A DNA stretch of 64,000 nt from Octopus vulgaris. Taxonomy: Eukaryota. The notes under the pieces are model-generated. The model made no database searches and was not told where the DNA came from. It was given only the letters and a program-made list of their open reading frames with translations. The position numbers and the translations under genes were made by a program. Location of the stretch: positions 28,024,001 to 28,088,000 of the forward strand of contig OX597827.1 of assembly GCA_951406725.2 (NCBI GenBank), written 5' to 3'. Below, piece by piece: positions 42,221-56,980 of this stretch (its first letter is position 1; each line of letters starts with the position of its first letter).

Positions 42221-42762
42221 TGCCCTGATGCAGTACCAGGCAGAAGCTCTCATGGCTTCTGATCTTAACTGATTGGAAGTGTTATCATGTACATTGTTTT
42301 GTCTTGGTATAAAATATGGTCTACAACAAATATTCTGCTCAATACCACAGATTTGCTTGTCAGTTGTTTGACCATAACCACTTGAGCATGTCCCTTAATG
42401 ACTGACGATATGTGCATCTCTGATCACAAGCAGAAGTAGTGGGGGAGCATCATAGCCGTGTGTTGAGAGGGATTCTTTGAATAAATCATCTCTAGAAACA
42501 TGGTTGTTTCGTTCAACATCATTAAACAATCCTTATTCAGGGACCTTTTGAGCAGGATGGGTTACTCGACCAGAAGAAAACTGGGCCCCAGCTGTAAGGT
42601 CATGCGCTGTCTATCTTGACATGAGATCACCATGTCGCGCACATATGGTTGTGATGCATGTGCCTAGTGTACCCTTATCAGACAGGTAGTTATGATGGTT
42701 ATACTGGGCTTCGTATATTTTACCCCAGTGTCACTTTGATGGCATGCACTGCTCTCATTCAA
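42219..42762. mobile_element. Unclassified ~540-bp interspersed repeat between (AAT)n/(GAT)n tracts
   Basis: Partial second copy at 24540-24690 (caaatattctgctcaataccacag...gtgttgagagggatt). Confidence 0.65.
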
Positions 42763-42817
42763 TAATAATAATAACAAAAATAATAATAATAACACTAATG
42801 ATAATAATAATAATAAT

Positions 42818-42877
<60 letters not shown>

Positions 42878-43937
42878 CTACTTCAGAAGGAAGGAAAACT
42901 GATCCAGATAGCGGCAAAACACGAGCAAAACAAAAAACTGTTCTCAGTATTTAAGGAAGCTGACAAATACAAACAAGAAATCATACCACCTAATAAACAT
43001 GAAGAAGATGAAGAAACAACAAAAGCTATAAAACAAATGAAATCCAAACTAAAAATAGAACAGCAACGAACCATGATAAAACGATGGCAAGAAAAGCCCC
43101 TTCATGGTAAATACTGGACTAAACTAAACGCAAAAGAAATAGACAAAGAAAAATCCCAGCAATGGTTGAGAAGCTCAGGACTCAAAGCAGAAACAGAGGG
43201 ATTTTTAATTGCAGCACAAGACCAAAGCCTCCCCACCAGAAATTACCAAAAACATGTAATGAAAAGAAATATTACAAGTAACTGCAGAATATGTGGAGAT
43301 GGACAAGAAACAATAAATCATATTATCTCTAGCTGCCCAGTCTTGGCTAAGAAGGAATATATTCACAGACATGACAGAGTTGGAACCTACATACATTGGA
43401 AGCTATGCAAACATTATGGAATAACAACAGAAAAAAGATGGTATAGGCACACACCAGAAAAGGTCACAGAAAACGAGAAAGCAACCATACTCTGGGATAG
43501 ATAGAGAAATTAAGGCCAACAGACCAGATATAGTTGTCAGAGATCATGAAGAAAAAAAATGCTTTCTAATTGATGTATCAATACCGGCTGATGACAACGT
43601 CTCTCTAAAAGAAATGGAGAAACTCTCAAAATACAAAGACCTGGAAATAGAGGTAACTAGAATGTGGAATCTGAAAACAGAAACAATTCCTATCATAGTA
43701 GGTGCATTAGGCATGATAAAAATATATTCAGACAAATACATAACAAAAACACCAGGACTGACAAACACATATAACATACAGAAAATTGCACTACTAGGCA
43801 CTGCACACATCCTACGCAGAACACTTTCCATACAATAACCATCAGAGCATCACAACAAACCACAGCACATACCCAAGGCACACAGAGCTGTGCTCGGTAG
43901 TGAAGTGAAAGCACGCTATGAAAATAAAACTACTGAA
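42878..43937 (+). mobile_element. R4/Dong-clade element, 5'-truncated second copy in (TAA)n
   Basis: Highly similar to 17152-18330; WQEKPLHG, CCHC and RLE motifs; same 3' UTR ending aaaactactgaa(taa)n. Confidence 0.93.
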
Positions 43938-43984
43938 TAATAATAATAATAAAAACAATAATAATAATAATGATAATGATATAT

Positions 43985-44342
43985 ATAGATTATAGATATA
44001 ACATGCCAAGCAGACAACAAGCTATGCGATAAGGAAGAAAGTAAAGTCGATAGATACGACAGGTTAGCTTGGGAGGTTAAGCAGTTGTGGTCGATGAAAA
44101 TGGTGGTAGAAATACCAATAATTGTCGGATCCCTGGGAACAGTGAGTAAAAATCTTGAGAAGTACATGGAACAGATAGGGGATGCAATAAAGGTGGATCA
44201 CTTGCAAAAAACAGCACTACTTGTAACCACTCGAATACTCCGGAAGGTGCTTGAAAAATAAGAGGTGTTACCTTAGTTCGCTGGTAGTGAACAGCTGACA
44301 CTGTAGTACATCTCCAGCGTTAGTAGCTGTACCAAGGCAATC
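43985..44342 (+). mobile_element. 3' fragment of a second R4/Dong-like family
   Basis: KEESKVDRYDRLAWEVKQLWSMK..IPIIVGSLG...LQKTALL...ILRKVLEK*, followed by (TAA)n. Confidence 0.8.
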
Positions 44343-45389
44343 TAATAATAATAATAATGTTTTCTTTAATTCTCACCATGCATTTTCATGCATATAATGA
44401 ACACGCTATGCATAGGTGTTACAAAAAGTGTGGATGGAGATGAATATACTTTGTTATATATTGGCACGTGTGGAGGAAAAAAAGTCACCACACAACACAT
44501 AATACAAAGACGGTTGAAAAATTTCTATAAGTTTTTAAATTTTTGAATATTGCACAATAATTACAATATATAATTTTAAACATGATATGTAACCGATTCA
44601 GAGTAATCAATCATCTTACAGGTGAGAAACCACCTTACTTGGTTATGTTAGGTCACTTTACGGCTCCAACCATTCTTTGGTCAAGTTGTCCCATCCAGAA
44701 TGAGCCGTGGAGAGTACCGCGAGCGTGACCAGCTTCTCGCTTTTCCCCCTTTCTCGAGTATTAGGGTGATATGTCCATATAATTTGCCTCGGCTTATGAA
44801 CAGCATATTGAAATACATTTAGAAACGAGCTTCCTTCAGTTGTTCTCTTTAGATGCTCGCTGAAAACTTCCACCGAATTATGTAAGCTTGGGGTGTGCCA
44901 CCTTTATCCTTGCCCTGCTTAGACAACTTCCTCAGGCAAGGAGGCATACACTTTTGTAATAGTGCTGCCACATGTTTACCCAACTGCATCATATTTATGT
45001 TCATGAAATTTTTTCAGCCAAGCAATGTTTCCAACACTGCTTTCAAAGCAACTAAGATTTACGCTCGGCAAACTCTGTGTTTGTGTGTATGTTTGCGCAT
45101 GTTAGTTTTGCTCCTATTTGCATTTTCGCTGCAAATGTTTCAATCGATATTGTCATTGTTTTCTGTCATAAATACATTTTTTTTCTTTGGTTTTCTTTTG
45201 TTATCTCTCTTATTTTTTTCTTCTGTTTTTACTTTTTTTACTTCTGTGCCAATGTTTGTGTTTTTCCAAAATTTGTTTTGTTTCAGGATGTCTTTGTTTA
45301 TACTAGTGTTATGTCCATCTTAGCAAGCATCTCTTCTCACTTCTCCAATACAAAATGTAATTTACAAGTGAAATATTATAAAATATTGG

Positions 45390-47030
45390 TTTCAAATTTT
45401 GGCACAAGGCCAGCAAGTTCAGGGAAGGCTTTAAGTCGATTACACCGACCCCAGTATTCAACTGGTACTTATTTTGTCAACCCACGAAACAATGAATGTC
45501 GACCTCGGCGAAATTTGAAACCAGAAGGTAAAGAGGACAAAAAGCTGCCAAGCATTCTACCCGGTTTGCTAACGATTCTACTTACTCGCCGCTCTAAAAT
45601 ATTACAAAAATATTTTTTAAAACATACACGTTGAAGAACAGCAACCCTTATTATTCCAACCTAGGATAAAACGGTGTGGATACAGATTCTGCGCCAAAGT
45701 TTTCTGTTAGAAAAAATTCAAGGACACTTTTTTTCTGTTAAATATAATTATAACTAACCCAAGTTCTAGCACCACTGGTTTAACCCAAAAGACAAACATA
45801 TATTCTTATATACAGGAAGGCGTGAAATTTCAGGATAGGAGTTAACCGGTAAATGGAATCCAATATTTGTCAAATGTGACTGCGGGATGATTTGAACTGT
45901 GCACATGATTATGGTAGCTAAATCCCGAATGGCACCTTCTTTGCCGATGCAACCCATCACAATGAGAACGACATCAGCTTCCTTCCGTCGCCAACAAAAA
46001 TACCACTAACCATAAAAATTCTTGCAAAGTTTGTCAAAAGTCCACTAACTTTTTAAGGAAAGGGATAAGTCGATTACATCGAAACCAGTATCGGCCCCGA
46101 AGGTATGAAATGTAAAGTCGACCGCGTGAGGATCTGAACGCAGAACGTAAAGATCCAGAGGAAATGTTTTTAAGTATCTTGTCCGATGCGTTAATGACTC
46201 TGCTAGTTCGCAGCCTTAGTAATAATTATTTCTACTCTCGGCACTAGACCTTGAAATTTTCTAGGGAAGGGGTTAGTCAATTATATCAACCCCAGTGCGT
46301 AACTGGTACGTATTTCATCGACCCCGAAAGGATGAAAGGCAAAGTCGACCTCAGCGGAATTTGAGCTCAGTATGTAGCGACAGACGAAATATCGCTAAGC
46401 ATTTCGCCCGGCGTGCTAACGATTCTGCCAGCTCGCCGCCTTCGCCACCTTAGTAATAATAATAACAACAGCACTAAAAATAATCCCTTCTACTGTTATC
46501 ACAAGGCCTGGAATTTTGTAGGTGTCAGGCTAGTCGATCACCTCGACGCCACTTTTCGACTGACATTCATTTTATCGGCCCCGAAAGGGTGAAAGGCGAA
46601 ATAGACCTCGGCGAAATTTGAACTCAGAAGGTGAAGACGGAAGATTCTACCAGTTCATTAACTTAATACTAATCCTTTCTACTCAAGGCACAAGGCCTGA
46701 AATTTTTGATTGAGGGTCTAATCGATTATATCGACCCATTGTTTCACTGGTGCTCAATTTAACGACCCCCGAAACGATGAAAGACAATCGCCACCTTAAT
46801 AATAATAACATCAATAATCATGCTTTCTAATTTTGGCACATGGCATGTTAGTTCGGAGGAGGGGTTATGTCGATTACATCGACCCCAGCAATCGAAAAGT
46901 ACTTAATTTTATGGAACCCCAAAGGATAAAAGGCAAAACCGACCTCTGTGGAATTTGAACTCAAAACGTAAAAGCGGACGAAATACCGCTAAACATTTTG
47001 CCCAGCGTGCTAATGATTCTGCCGGCCTTA
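45390..47030 (-). mobile_element. SINE family B cluster: one copy at 45390-45595 and about 5 head-to-tail copies at 46060-47030
   Basis: Repeated ttctact..ggcacaaggcc...cgaccccgaaaggatgaaaggc...gaactcag units separated by (AAT)n. Confidence 0.85.
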
Positions 47031-47581
47031 ATAAAAATCATAACAATAACAACATCAACAATAATATCCCATACACACTATACAAAATGTACCATATGAT
47101 TAAAAACGTGATAGAATAGTAAAGGGCAGTAGGGCTACAAGTAATAAAATATAAGACAGATATTCGATAAAAAGTAAGCCACAGCAAACAGAAATAAGGG
47201 TGATTCACACACATGTGGGTGAAAATAGCCACATGTGTAGGATTTACAATACGCTTCGACTTTCTTTTCGGATTACTTTCTTTTCGGATCCCTTTCAGCA
47301 CATCAGGTGCTCGAAAAACTATCGTGACCTTTTCCAGTCTCAGCTCTACCATGAAAGTTTCCAAACGCAGCGGTTGGTCAAAAGGCCTGCTTACGTAGTT
47401 TCAATAGACTTTTTTTCTTTTGGTATTAACACTTTATTTAAATCCTCTTCGTTTAGTCTTCCTTAAGTGAAGCAAAGCTAGGGCTCCCCACTTTGGTTCA
47501 CCGTAGGAATCAGGAACGCATTGGATTCACCCCTATTGTAAGGGGCTTCCAGCTTCTTGTTTCCTTTGTGTCTTAGCTATT

Positions 47582-47634
<53 letters not shown>

Positions 47635-47635
47635 T

Positions 47636-47992
47636 TTTATTATATAGAAGGAGCTTCTACAGGACTAGAACTGTTTCATTCAAAAGAAATCATCAGGAAG
47701 CTAGTTGACAAGAGTTGTTTTGGCATTTATACATTTAGGCAGGTTTAAAGGGGTGGTGGTGGGGGACTTTTTGGGGTAGGCATGGCGCAAAACTATCATT
47801 ATTAGGGGAGTGGTCACTCCCCTAATAATGATAGTTTTGCGCCATGCCTACCCCCAAAAAGTCCCCCACCACCACCCCTTTAAACCTGCCTAAATGTATA
47901 AATGCCAAAACAACTCTTGTCAACTAGCTTCCTGATGATTTCTTTTGAATGAAACAGTTCTAGTCCTGTAGAAGCTCCTTCTATATAATAAA
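47636..47992. mobile_element. Near-perfect palindrome (~177-bp arms, 2-nt spacer) carrying an HHR on each arm, inside (TA)n
   Basis: Centre ggagtg-gt-cactcc at 47813-47814; one G-run indel between arms. Confidence 0.92.
47926..47976 (+). ncRNA. Type I hammerhead ribozyme (mirror copy at 47652-47702, minus)
   Basis: agcttc CTGATGA t ttc tttt gaa t GAAA cag ttctagtc ctg TA gaagct; 6-bp stem I, GUA triplet, weak stem II. Confidence 0.7.
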
Positions 47993-48058
47993 TTAATTTA
48001 CTCTGCTATGTATTGAGTACCTTATTTACTGTGGTTAACCCCGACTCAACCCGGGACC

Positions 48059-48109
<51 letters not shown>

Positions 48110-48404
48110 ATATAATATATAATATATCCATATGTATATATACATACGTACATGTAAATACTTACATCTATACGTATATATGCATATGTGGGTATAGGAC
48201 GTCATGAAACGTGTAATACAAAAATGTACAAAGCACGAGTACACGGAACATGGACCATTCTTTCGGACAACGAAGGATACAAATGGGAAACAAAACAAGT
48301 AACATAAAGAACGACCATTCATCAGTTGTTGGCTGTTTTTCTAGTCTCGTATTTCGAGCATTTAACCACAATCTACACTTTCGATAAAATAGTTGCTCCC
48401 ACAG

Positions 48405-48435
<31 letters not shown>

Positions 48436-49079
48436 TTGTGTACCCAAACTATATTTTTATTCTAAACTGTATATCGGTGAGGTCCCAGTTGCATATCAGC
48501 TTTTCTGAAAGAAGGGGTTACCAGTCACCTTCTCAATTCAATGTTTGTCCAAAATGGTTAATCTCGATCACTTCACAGGGAGTAATGGAGCCAATTACGT
48601 GAGAGAGGAGAGAGACTGAGACAGAGGCAGAAGGACAGAAAGACAGAAAGATAGACAGACAGAAGGAGAGAGAAAGGAGAGAGAGAAGCGGTGATGGTGA
48701 GAGAAAAAAAAAACAGAGTTTGGAACGGTTGAAAGGCAAGAATATCTTTTGTTTGGATTTGAGCAGCGAGTCCTTAGATCCGAACAAAATACCACAAATG
48801 CATTCACTCTCTATGCCGCACTCATCACATAAGTCTCTCCGGCTCACACACACATATGTATATGTAGATTCACACGTGCATGCATACATATACATACACA
48901 TTCCCCACATACATACATGTGTGTGCATATGTATTCTTATACATGTATGTAAGTATTTATACGTCTATAGCGTCTTTGTGAGTAAACTGTGTACGAGTAC
49001 TTGTTCATGTGCATGTGCGCGCGAGTGTGCAGACTTGATTGCATGTGTAGATGCGTACGATCTTTTATGCCCTTCTGTA

Positions 49080-49920
<841 letters not shown>

Positions 49921-50764
49921 AATGTGTATATTCGTCTGTGTGCCTGTGTTACGTTTAAACATGACGGTATTTAAGTGTGTTTATGTTTCTGTATTTTTAA
50001 TTTGATTCTAAATTACCTCATCCAGTATAATGTTATAGCTTGTTTCCTATGATCTGGGCGTTGTTTTTTAATTCCTTATTATGACAGAAATCGTTTCATA
50101 TGAGAAAATACGTGGCTAATAAGAAGAAAGTCGTAGAGTCGTTTATCTCGCCTGTTATGACCTGTAAATAATTGAGTAATATTGTATTGCCTAATACAAC
50201 TGCCTATAAACAAAGCTGTTTTTGATTGTTGCTAACATTCTCTAGCAATATTATAAACTTGACACCGAAGTAAGCAGGCTCACCTCTTATGTTGTTTATA
50301 TTTATTTGAATATAAAACTTCGTACGTGGGTTGTATTATTTCCCTGAATACAAACACTCAATGACTTGCTGAATAAAATTACTTTTTAAACCTAGCAATC
50401 ACGTTATCCGCTTTCAGCAGAGGTATGTGTTGTTGTTAGCCGCATACAATGCGCCTATTGATACGAACATTTGTATAACGAAAATACTTGCTTGTAATCC
50501 GTCATACGACGGACAACTCAGGAGCTATACTTTTACCACAATGGGTAATACCAGGAAAAAAGAATCATAGGCAAAGTTGAACTCAGTACTTAAAAACGAA
50601 CAAAATGCCGCGAAGCATTTTGTCCGACGTTGTAACGACTCTGCCATCTCACCACTTTAAAATCAGGAAATTTGGCAGGCATTCAATAAGTATGATTTAT
50701 CATTTATCAAATTTCTTGATGTTGTTACTGTTGATTCTTTCTCATAGCTTTTGTTTGTTCATTT

Positions 50765-51043
50765 TTGAGCCATGCCTGGCTCATAAGAGCCAGTTTCCTG
50801 GTTTCATTGGCATATAGGTTCCCAATCTGGGCGGGACCCCAGGCTGTCGCAGGGTGAGCTGCTAGATGCAAGAGGAAAGAGTGAGAGAAAGTTGTGGCAG
50901 AAGTTTGCTATTACCTTCTGCCAGAGCCGCGTGGAGCTTAGGTTTTTCGCTCATAAACACGCACATCGCCCGGTCTGAGATTCGAACCAGCGTTTCCTCG
51001 ACCGTGAATCCGCTGCTCTAACCACTAGACTATGTGCCTCCAC
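50765..51043 (-). mobile_element. SINE related to family C (same head, different tail)
   Basis: Shared gtgagagaaagttgtgg...ggagcttaggt...cgcccggtctg...ctaaccact. Confidence 0.75.
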
Positions 51044-51494
51044 CAAATTTCTTGATGCTTATACAAAATCAGGAAATCATTTACTTCGTTATCTTCTCCC
51101 TTATATCCTTCATCTTCTTGTTCCAGTCATTAGGTTGCGGTCATGTGGGAGCAACGCCTAGAAGAGTCTAATCAAACAATTCGGCCCCAGTACTTATTTT
51201 TTATATTAATTCTATTGGCCTCTTTGCCGCATCGTAAAGATCAGGGGACGTAAACAAAAAACAAAAAAAGAATATCCTGTTGTGAAGTGGTGTTCAAGGC
51301 AGACAAACAGCTACACAAAAACACTGATACACATACATACGACGGACTTCCACGCAGTTTCCGTCGACCAAATTCACTCATAAGACACTGGTTGTCCCGG
51401 GGATACAATAAAAAACGTCACTTCTGAAAGGAGCTGCGCAATGGACTGAAAACAGAATCGGAAGGAAAATAAAATTAAGACAAATTTCTTCTCT

Positions 51495-51920
51495 TTTTTT
51501 TTTATTTCCTTATTGCCCACAAGGGGCCACACACAGAGGGGACAAACAAGAACAGACAAACGGACTAAGTCGATTATATCGACCCCAGTGCGTAACTGAT
51601 ACTTAATTTATCGACCCCGAAAGGATGAAAGTCAAAGTCGATCTCGGCGGAATTTGATCTCAGAACGTAATGGCAGACGAAATACCTATTTCTTTACTAC
51701 TCACAAGGGGCTAAACGCAGAGAGGACAAACAAGGACAGACAAACGGATTAAGTCGATTATATCGACACCAGTGCGTAACTGGTACTTATTTAATCGACC
51801 CCGAAAGGATGAAAGGTAAAGTCGACCTCGGCGGAATTTGAACTCCAAGTGTAAAGACAGACGAAATACCGCTAAGCATTTCGCCCGGTGTGCTAACGTT
51901 TCTGCCAACTCACCGCCTTA
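51495..51920 (-). mobile_element. Two tandem SINE family B copies
   Basis: Direct repeat of the family B body. Confidence 0.88.
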
Positions 51921-52440
51921 ACTCCTCTGTTTTCATGAGTCTTTCTCTCACGCTGTGTGCTTGTGTATGTGTGTGTGTGGTGGGGCACTTTCTTTTGCTC
52001 ATTGCTTGCCACCGAGCCTAGTATGTGCATTGATTCTACACCTCTTATCAAACACACCACCTTCTCTACATATCTGTTTAACTCTCTTACCCCCACTGTC
52101 CTCCATCTATACGATGTAAAATGTTATTGAAGATCAATTAACCAACTTAATTAGTCAACCAACCAATTAATAAATCATCATGTACCTCGGTTTTCATTAT
52201 TATTCATTTCAGTGATTAGACTGCGGCCATCCTAAAGCACCACATTGAAAGATTTTAGTCAAATAAATAGACAGCAGGGCATATTTTTAAAGCCCAGTAC
52301 TTATACCATCGGTGTCTTTTGCTAATGGCTAGCTTACAACGACGTAAACAAAACATCACCGATTGTCAAGCGGTGATGGAGTGGGGAAAACACACACACA
52401 CACAAAAACACGCATACACACATATATAATATATATACTT

Positions 52441-52638
52441 GCGCAGGCGTGGCCATAGGTGCAGGTGTCACTGTCTGGTAAAAAGTTTGCTTCCTAACCT
52501 CATGGTTCCGGGTTCAGTCCCACCGCGTTGCACCTTGGGCAAATATTTTATGCTATAGCCTCGGGCCGACCAAAGCCTTGTGAGTGGATTTGGTAGACGT
52601 AAACTGAAAGAAGCCCGTCACACACACACATATACAAC

Positions 52639-52675
<37 letters not shown>

Positions 52676-52907
52676 TTATATTTATATATTATGTATGATA
52701 TATGTATATATATGTCTGTGTTTGTCCCCCAACATTGCTTGACAACCGATGTTGGCGTGTTTACGTCCCCTTAACGTAGCGGTTCGGCAAAATAAACCGA
52801 CAGAATAGGGACTAGGCTTACAAAGAATGTCCTGGGGTTGATTTGTTCGACTAAAGGCCGTGCTCCAGCATGGCCGCAGTCAAATGATTGAAACAAGTAA
52901 AAGAGTA
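52441..52907 (+). mobile_element. SINE family A, full length (old minus-strand copies at 51115-51450 and 52205-52390)
   Basis: Homology to 15582-16067. Confidence 0.88.
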
Positions 52908-53602
52908 TACATAACTATGTATGTGTGTGTGTGTGTGCTTTTGTGTATGTGTGTGTGTGTGTGTGTGTGCTTGTATGTGTGTGCGTGTGTGTGTTACAAG
53001 AAACAGCGGACGTATATTATCAGAACAAACAATGAGGTCGGAATGGTGGTAGAAAGAAGATAGGGGTGCCATAATGACGATACGGCGAAGCGATAAGTTT
53101 AAAGGTCAGGGTACGTAGTTGCAACTTTAGAAACAAAAACAAAAAGAAAAATACCCGTTAGGAAAGGGGTATCTTTTTGTCGAGATAAATTTTAATAGCT
53201 TCCAGTTGAAACGGTCGATTTGACATAGAGGTTAGGGGTGAGAGGTTAGAGATGTGCTGTAGAGCTGATAAGGTCAGGTTAAGATATATTATGTGAAGGT
53301 CGTCAATTTGGTTAAGTTCATGTGTGATGTCGAGACGACATCTCTGCTGATTCGAGCGAAGCTCTTTATTGCAGGGAGACCAAAAAATAGCATTTTCAAA
53401 AATTAAAATAATGATTAGATCTCCCTTATTTGCTCGGAATTTGTCTGGCTTTTTCGATAAATAAATAAATAAATAAATGAATAAAAATATTCAGAAATTG
53501 TAGCTCTAATTAACAATGGCTGCCGTACCAGACATACTTATTTCAAGGACTCTACTTAAACTGATATTATGTACATTAAACCTTATTATTTACCTGATTA
53601 TT

Positions 53603-53810
53603 AAAGCAGCGAGTCGGCAGAATCTTTAACATAATGCTTAGCGGTATTTCGACAATCTTTACTTTCTGAGTTTAAATTCCGCCGAGGTTGACTTTGCCCT
53701 TTTGTCACTTCGAGATCAATAAAACCAGTTCAGCAGTGGGGTCGATGTAATCGACTAGTCTCGCCCCACCCCGAAATTGTTGGCCTTGTGCTAAAATTTG
53801 AAGCCATTAT
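53603..53810 (+). mobile_element. SINE family B
   Basis: aaagcagcgagtcggcagaatc...gagtttaaattccgccgagg. Confidence 0.8.
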
Positions 53811-54514
53811 TTCAGCTATCTATTAAAGCGGTGAGCTGGCAGAACCGCCAGGACACCGGACGAAAGGTTTAACGGGGTCCGTGTGGTTTTCGTTACTGTT
53901 TATAATTTTGTTCCAATTGTTTTGAAATTTGATATATGGATTAAGTTTTGTATACTAATTATGAAAAGGAAATTCATTTTCCCTATAAATCCATAATTAA
54001 AAAGTTATTAGCCTTTAAAATTTTCAAAATTTGTGTATTTTAGCCAATCAGCAGCGAGTATTTTACACATCACCGTGGCGAAGAACTCTCTTTCCATAGT
54101 AACCAAAAATGCTGTGCATGCGCACAGGGAGTGTAACCACCAAATTCAGTGTAATTGACAAATTGAGAGTACCTGGACATCTTTAAAGCGTGTAAACAAA
54201 CACCGGTGTGGGACACACAATTCCATGGTTGACTCTTTGTGAATTTATTTGGGGAAGGATATATGAGAGAGATAATTTCATAAAATCCTAAAGTGTATGG
54301 CAAACTTTCGTCCTTTATTTAAACTAATAACTCTCTGTTTTAAGCAATATTTTGACTAATAACTGCAACAACAAAAAAAAAACGGAAATAATTGTAGGAT
54401 CGATACGTTCAACTAAAAATTCTTCAAGGTAGTACCCCAGCATGGCCACTGTCTAATGTCTGAAACAAATAAAAGGTGAAAAAGATGAAAAAATGACCGA
54501 TAAATATAACTGTG

Positions 54515-54692
54515 TGGCTTTTGTCCGAGGGGCTTTTGTCCACTTTCACACTTTAACTATGGGGCTTTTGTCCGGGGGGATTTTGTCCGGAAGTGGGGAT
54601 TTTGTCCTACGGGAATTTTGTCCTGGGTGATTTTGTCCTAGGCAGATTTTGTCCTGGTGGATTTTTGTCCCAGGGGGCTTTTGTCCCACACT
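54515..54692. repeat. 15-16-bp tandem array (gggrttttgtcc core, ~10 units)
   Basis: Direct inspection; probably the subterminal array of a DNA transposon. Confidence 0.8.
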
Positions 54693-55254
54693 CTAGTATT
54701 CATATCCCCCACTGGACGGGATGGCAGTTTGTCACACGATTCTTCATTTTTGCCATCTGGTCTGGAGCAACGTGAAATGAAATGTCTTGCTCAAGAACAC
54801 AACGAAATGAAACCATAATCTTAAGGTCTTGAGTACAACACTCTAACCACTGAGCCGCGCGCCACCACAGGCATAAATAATGACTTCAGAATTTCACACA
54901 AGTTCAGCAATTTTAGCGGGACTCTTGCTTAATCCCGAAACGGTAAAAGGTAAAACTGACTTCGGCCAGAACCAAATGTAAAAAGCTGGAGACAATACCG
55001 TTGACTATTTTGTTCGAAGCAGAAACGATTTTGCTAGCATGCGTGAGAAAAAAACTACTCAATATATAGGATGAATTTTTTTTTTTAATAGCGAGTAGTT
55101 TAGGGCTCACTCCATGGTACACAGAGATTCTCGTTGCTTGCATGCAAGTCAAGCAACATTGATATTCTACATGGTCGAGCGTTTAGCGTGTGAAATTCTG
55201 AATAACCAATCGAATAATTATTCCACCCCGCCCTCTCTCTCACTTCATACATAG

Positions 55255-55368
55255 AACACACACACATGCATGCATATATGCATACACACATACATACATG
55301 CATACATACACACACACACATACATACATACATACATACATACATACATACATACATACATACATACA

Positions 55369-55402
<34 letters not shown>

Positions 55403-55473
55403 CATTCAAGTAGACAGATAATTAGATACATTGATTGATAGACAATATAAACAGACAGACAGACAGATAGATC

Positions 55474-55525
<52 letters not shown>

Positions 55526-55612
55526 TAGATAGATATAGATAGATAGATAGATATATAGATAGATAGATAGACAGACAGACAGTCAGATAGATAGAGATAG
55601 ATAGATAGATAA

Positions 55613-55674
<62 letters not shown>

Positions 55675-55710
55675 ATAGATGGATAGATAGATAATTATAG
55701 ATAGATAATT

Positions 55711-55743
<33 letters not shown>

Positions 55744-55745
55744 CG
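55255..55745. repeat. (CATA)n and (GATA)n microsatellites
   Basis: Direct inspection. Confidence 0.95.
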
Positions 55746-56304
55746 TGCGTGTTTGCGCGTGTATATTGATAGACGTATGAAAATGATAGATCATTGACAT
55801 GGCATATATCAGTAAGTTTACTAAGTCCTGACTGAAAAGTTAGATTTTTTTTCATATTTTTCTCCCCATTTAAAATTCCCAAAAGACTTTCTACGCGAAA
55901 GAGCGAAACAATATTCTTTTAAGAGTTCCATGGGGAAAACAAATGTCAATTTGTTTCAAGTCAGATTTGATTTATTTATGACCTTTTAGTGTCATATCTC
56001 TCGAATCAGAGTATATATCTAGTGAAACGAGATTTTTTGTTTTATGTTCATTTCAAAATAAACACCCTGGTCTTCCGTAAAAAAAATCACTTTCGAATGC
56101 TAATGGAATTTAATAGCATTTTAGCGTTTAAGCCTATTAATTTTCAACGAGGTTTCTTTGCTTGAAAATTTTTCTTTTTTTTTCGTTTTCCTTTAACATT
56201 GGAACTGGTTTATCTAACCAAGGAAAAATCTTCTGGATGGTACCTCAGTCTGCCTAAAACAGCACCCAATTATCCTCAAATTGCACGATATCTTGTTTTG
56301 TTAT

Positions 56305-56598
56305 ATAGGTTCTCAAAGTGGGCGCTAACGCCCCTCGGTAGGCGTTGAGACGATCGAGGTGAGCGCTGGTGCTTAAGGGGATGGTAGAGAAAAAATAGGC
56401 GTTGAGAGGAAGGCAGTGGATTAGGGGACGCTATGAATTTATTATAATATTATTATAGTATTGTATATTATATAATATTATATTAAATATCAAATGATTC
56501 ATAGTATATATAAATTTGTAAAATATAAAATATTTATTCATGCATAGGGGTGGGGACGCTGAGGGTATTATGTGGCCCAAAAAGTTTGAGAAGCTCTG
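56305..56598. mobile_element. hAT-like MITE
   Basis: Ends ggttctcaaagtggg ... aaagtttgagaagctctg resemble Charlie-type TIRs. Confidence 0.55.
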
Positions 56599-56781
56599 GT
56601 GTCGAGTAAAAATAATTGCTGTATTTTGTTGATTTATTTCCTTTATTCTTCAAATCACAAGAAAAGCAGCCATTCAAAGGAGGATCCATTGCCTTGCACC
56701 GTCTCAGGCCCCCTTTTTGACAGTTATCTGATCCCACACTGATATCAGTTATTCTCCTCGGATTATTATCGTTATTAATAC

Positions 56782-56980
56782 TAAGGCGGTGAGCTAGCAG
56801 AATCGTTAGCACGCTGGACGAAATGCTTAGCGGTATTTCACCCGTCGCTACGTTCTGAGGTCAAATTCTGCCTAGGGCGACTTTGCCTTTCATTCTTTTG
56901 GGGTCGAGACGTTAAGTAGCAATTGAGTATTGGGGTCGAGGTAATCGACTCGTCCCAATCTCCACCAAGCTGTGGCAAAA
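56782..56980 (+). mobile_element. SINE family B
   Basis: aaggcggtgagctagcagaatcgttagc head. Confidence 0.85.

Noticed and set aside
44658-45323. ORFs as host exons
   Set aside because: No recognisable domain or splice context; cannot be supported without a search
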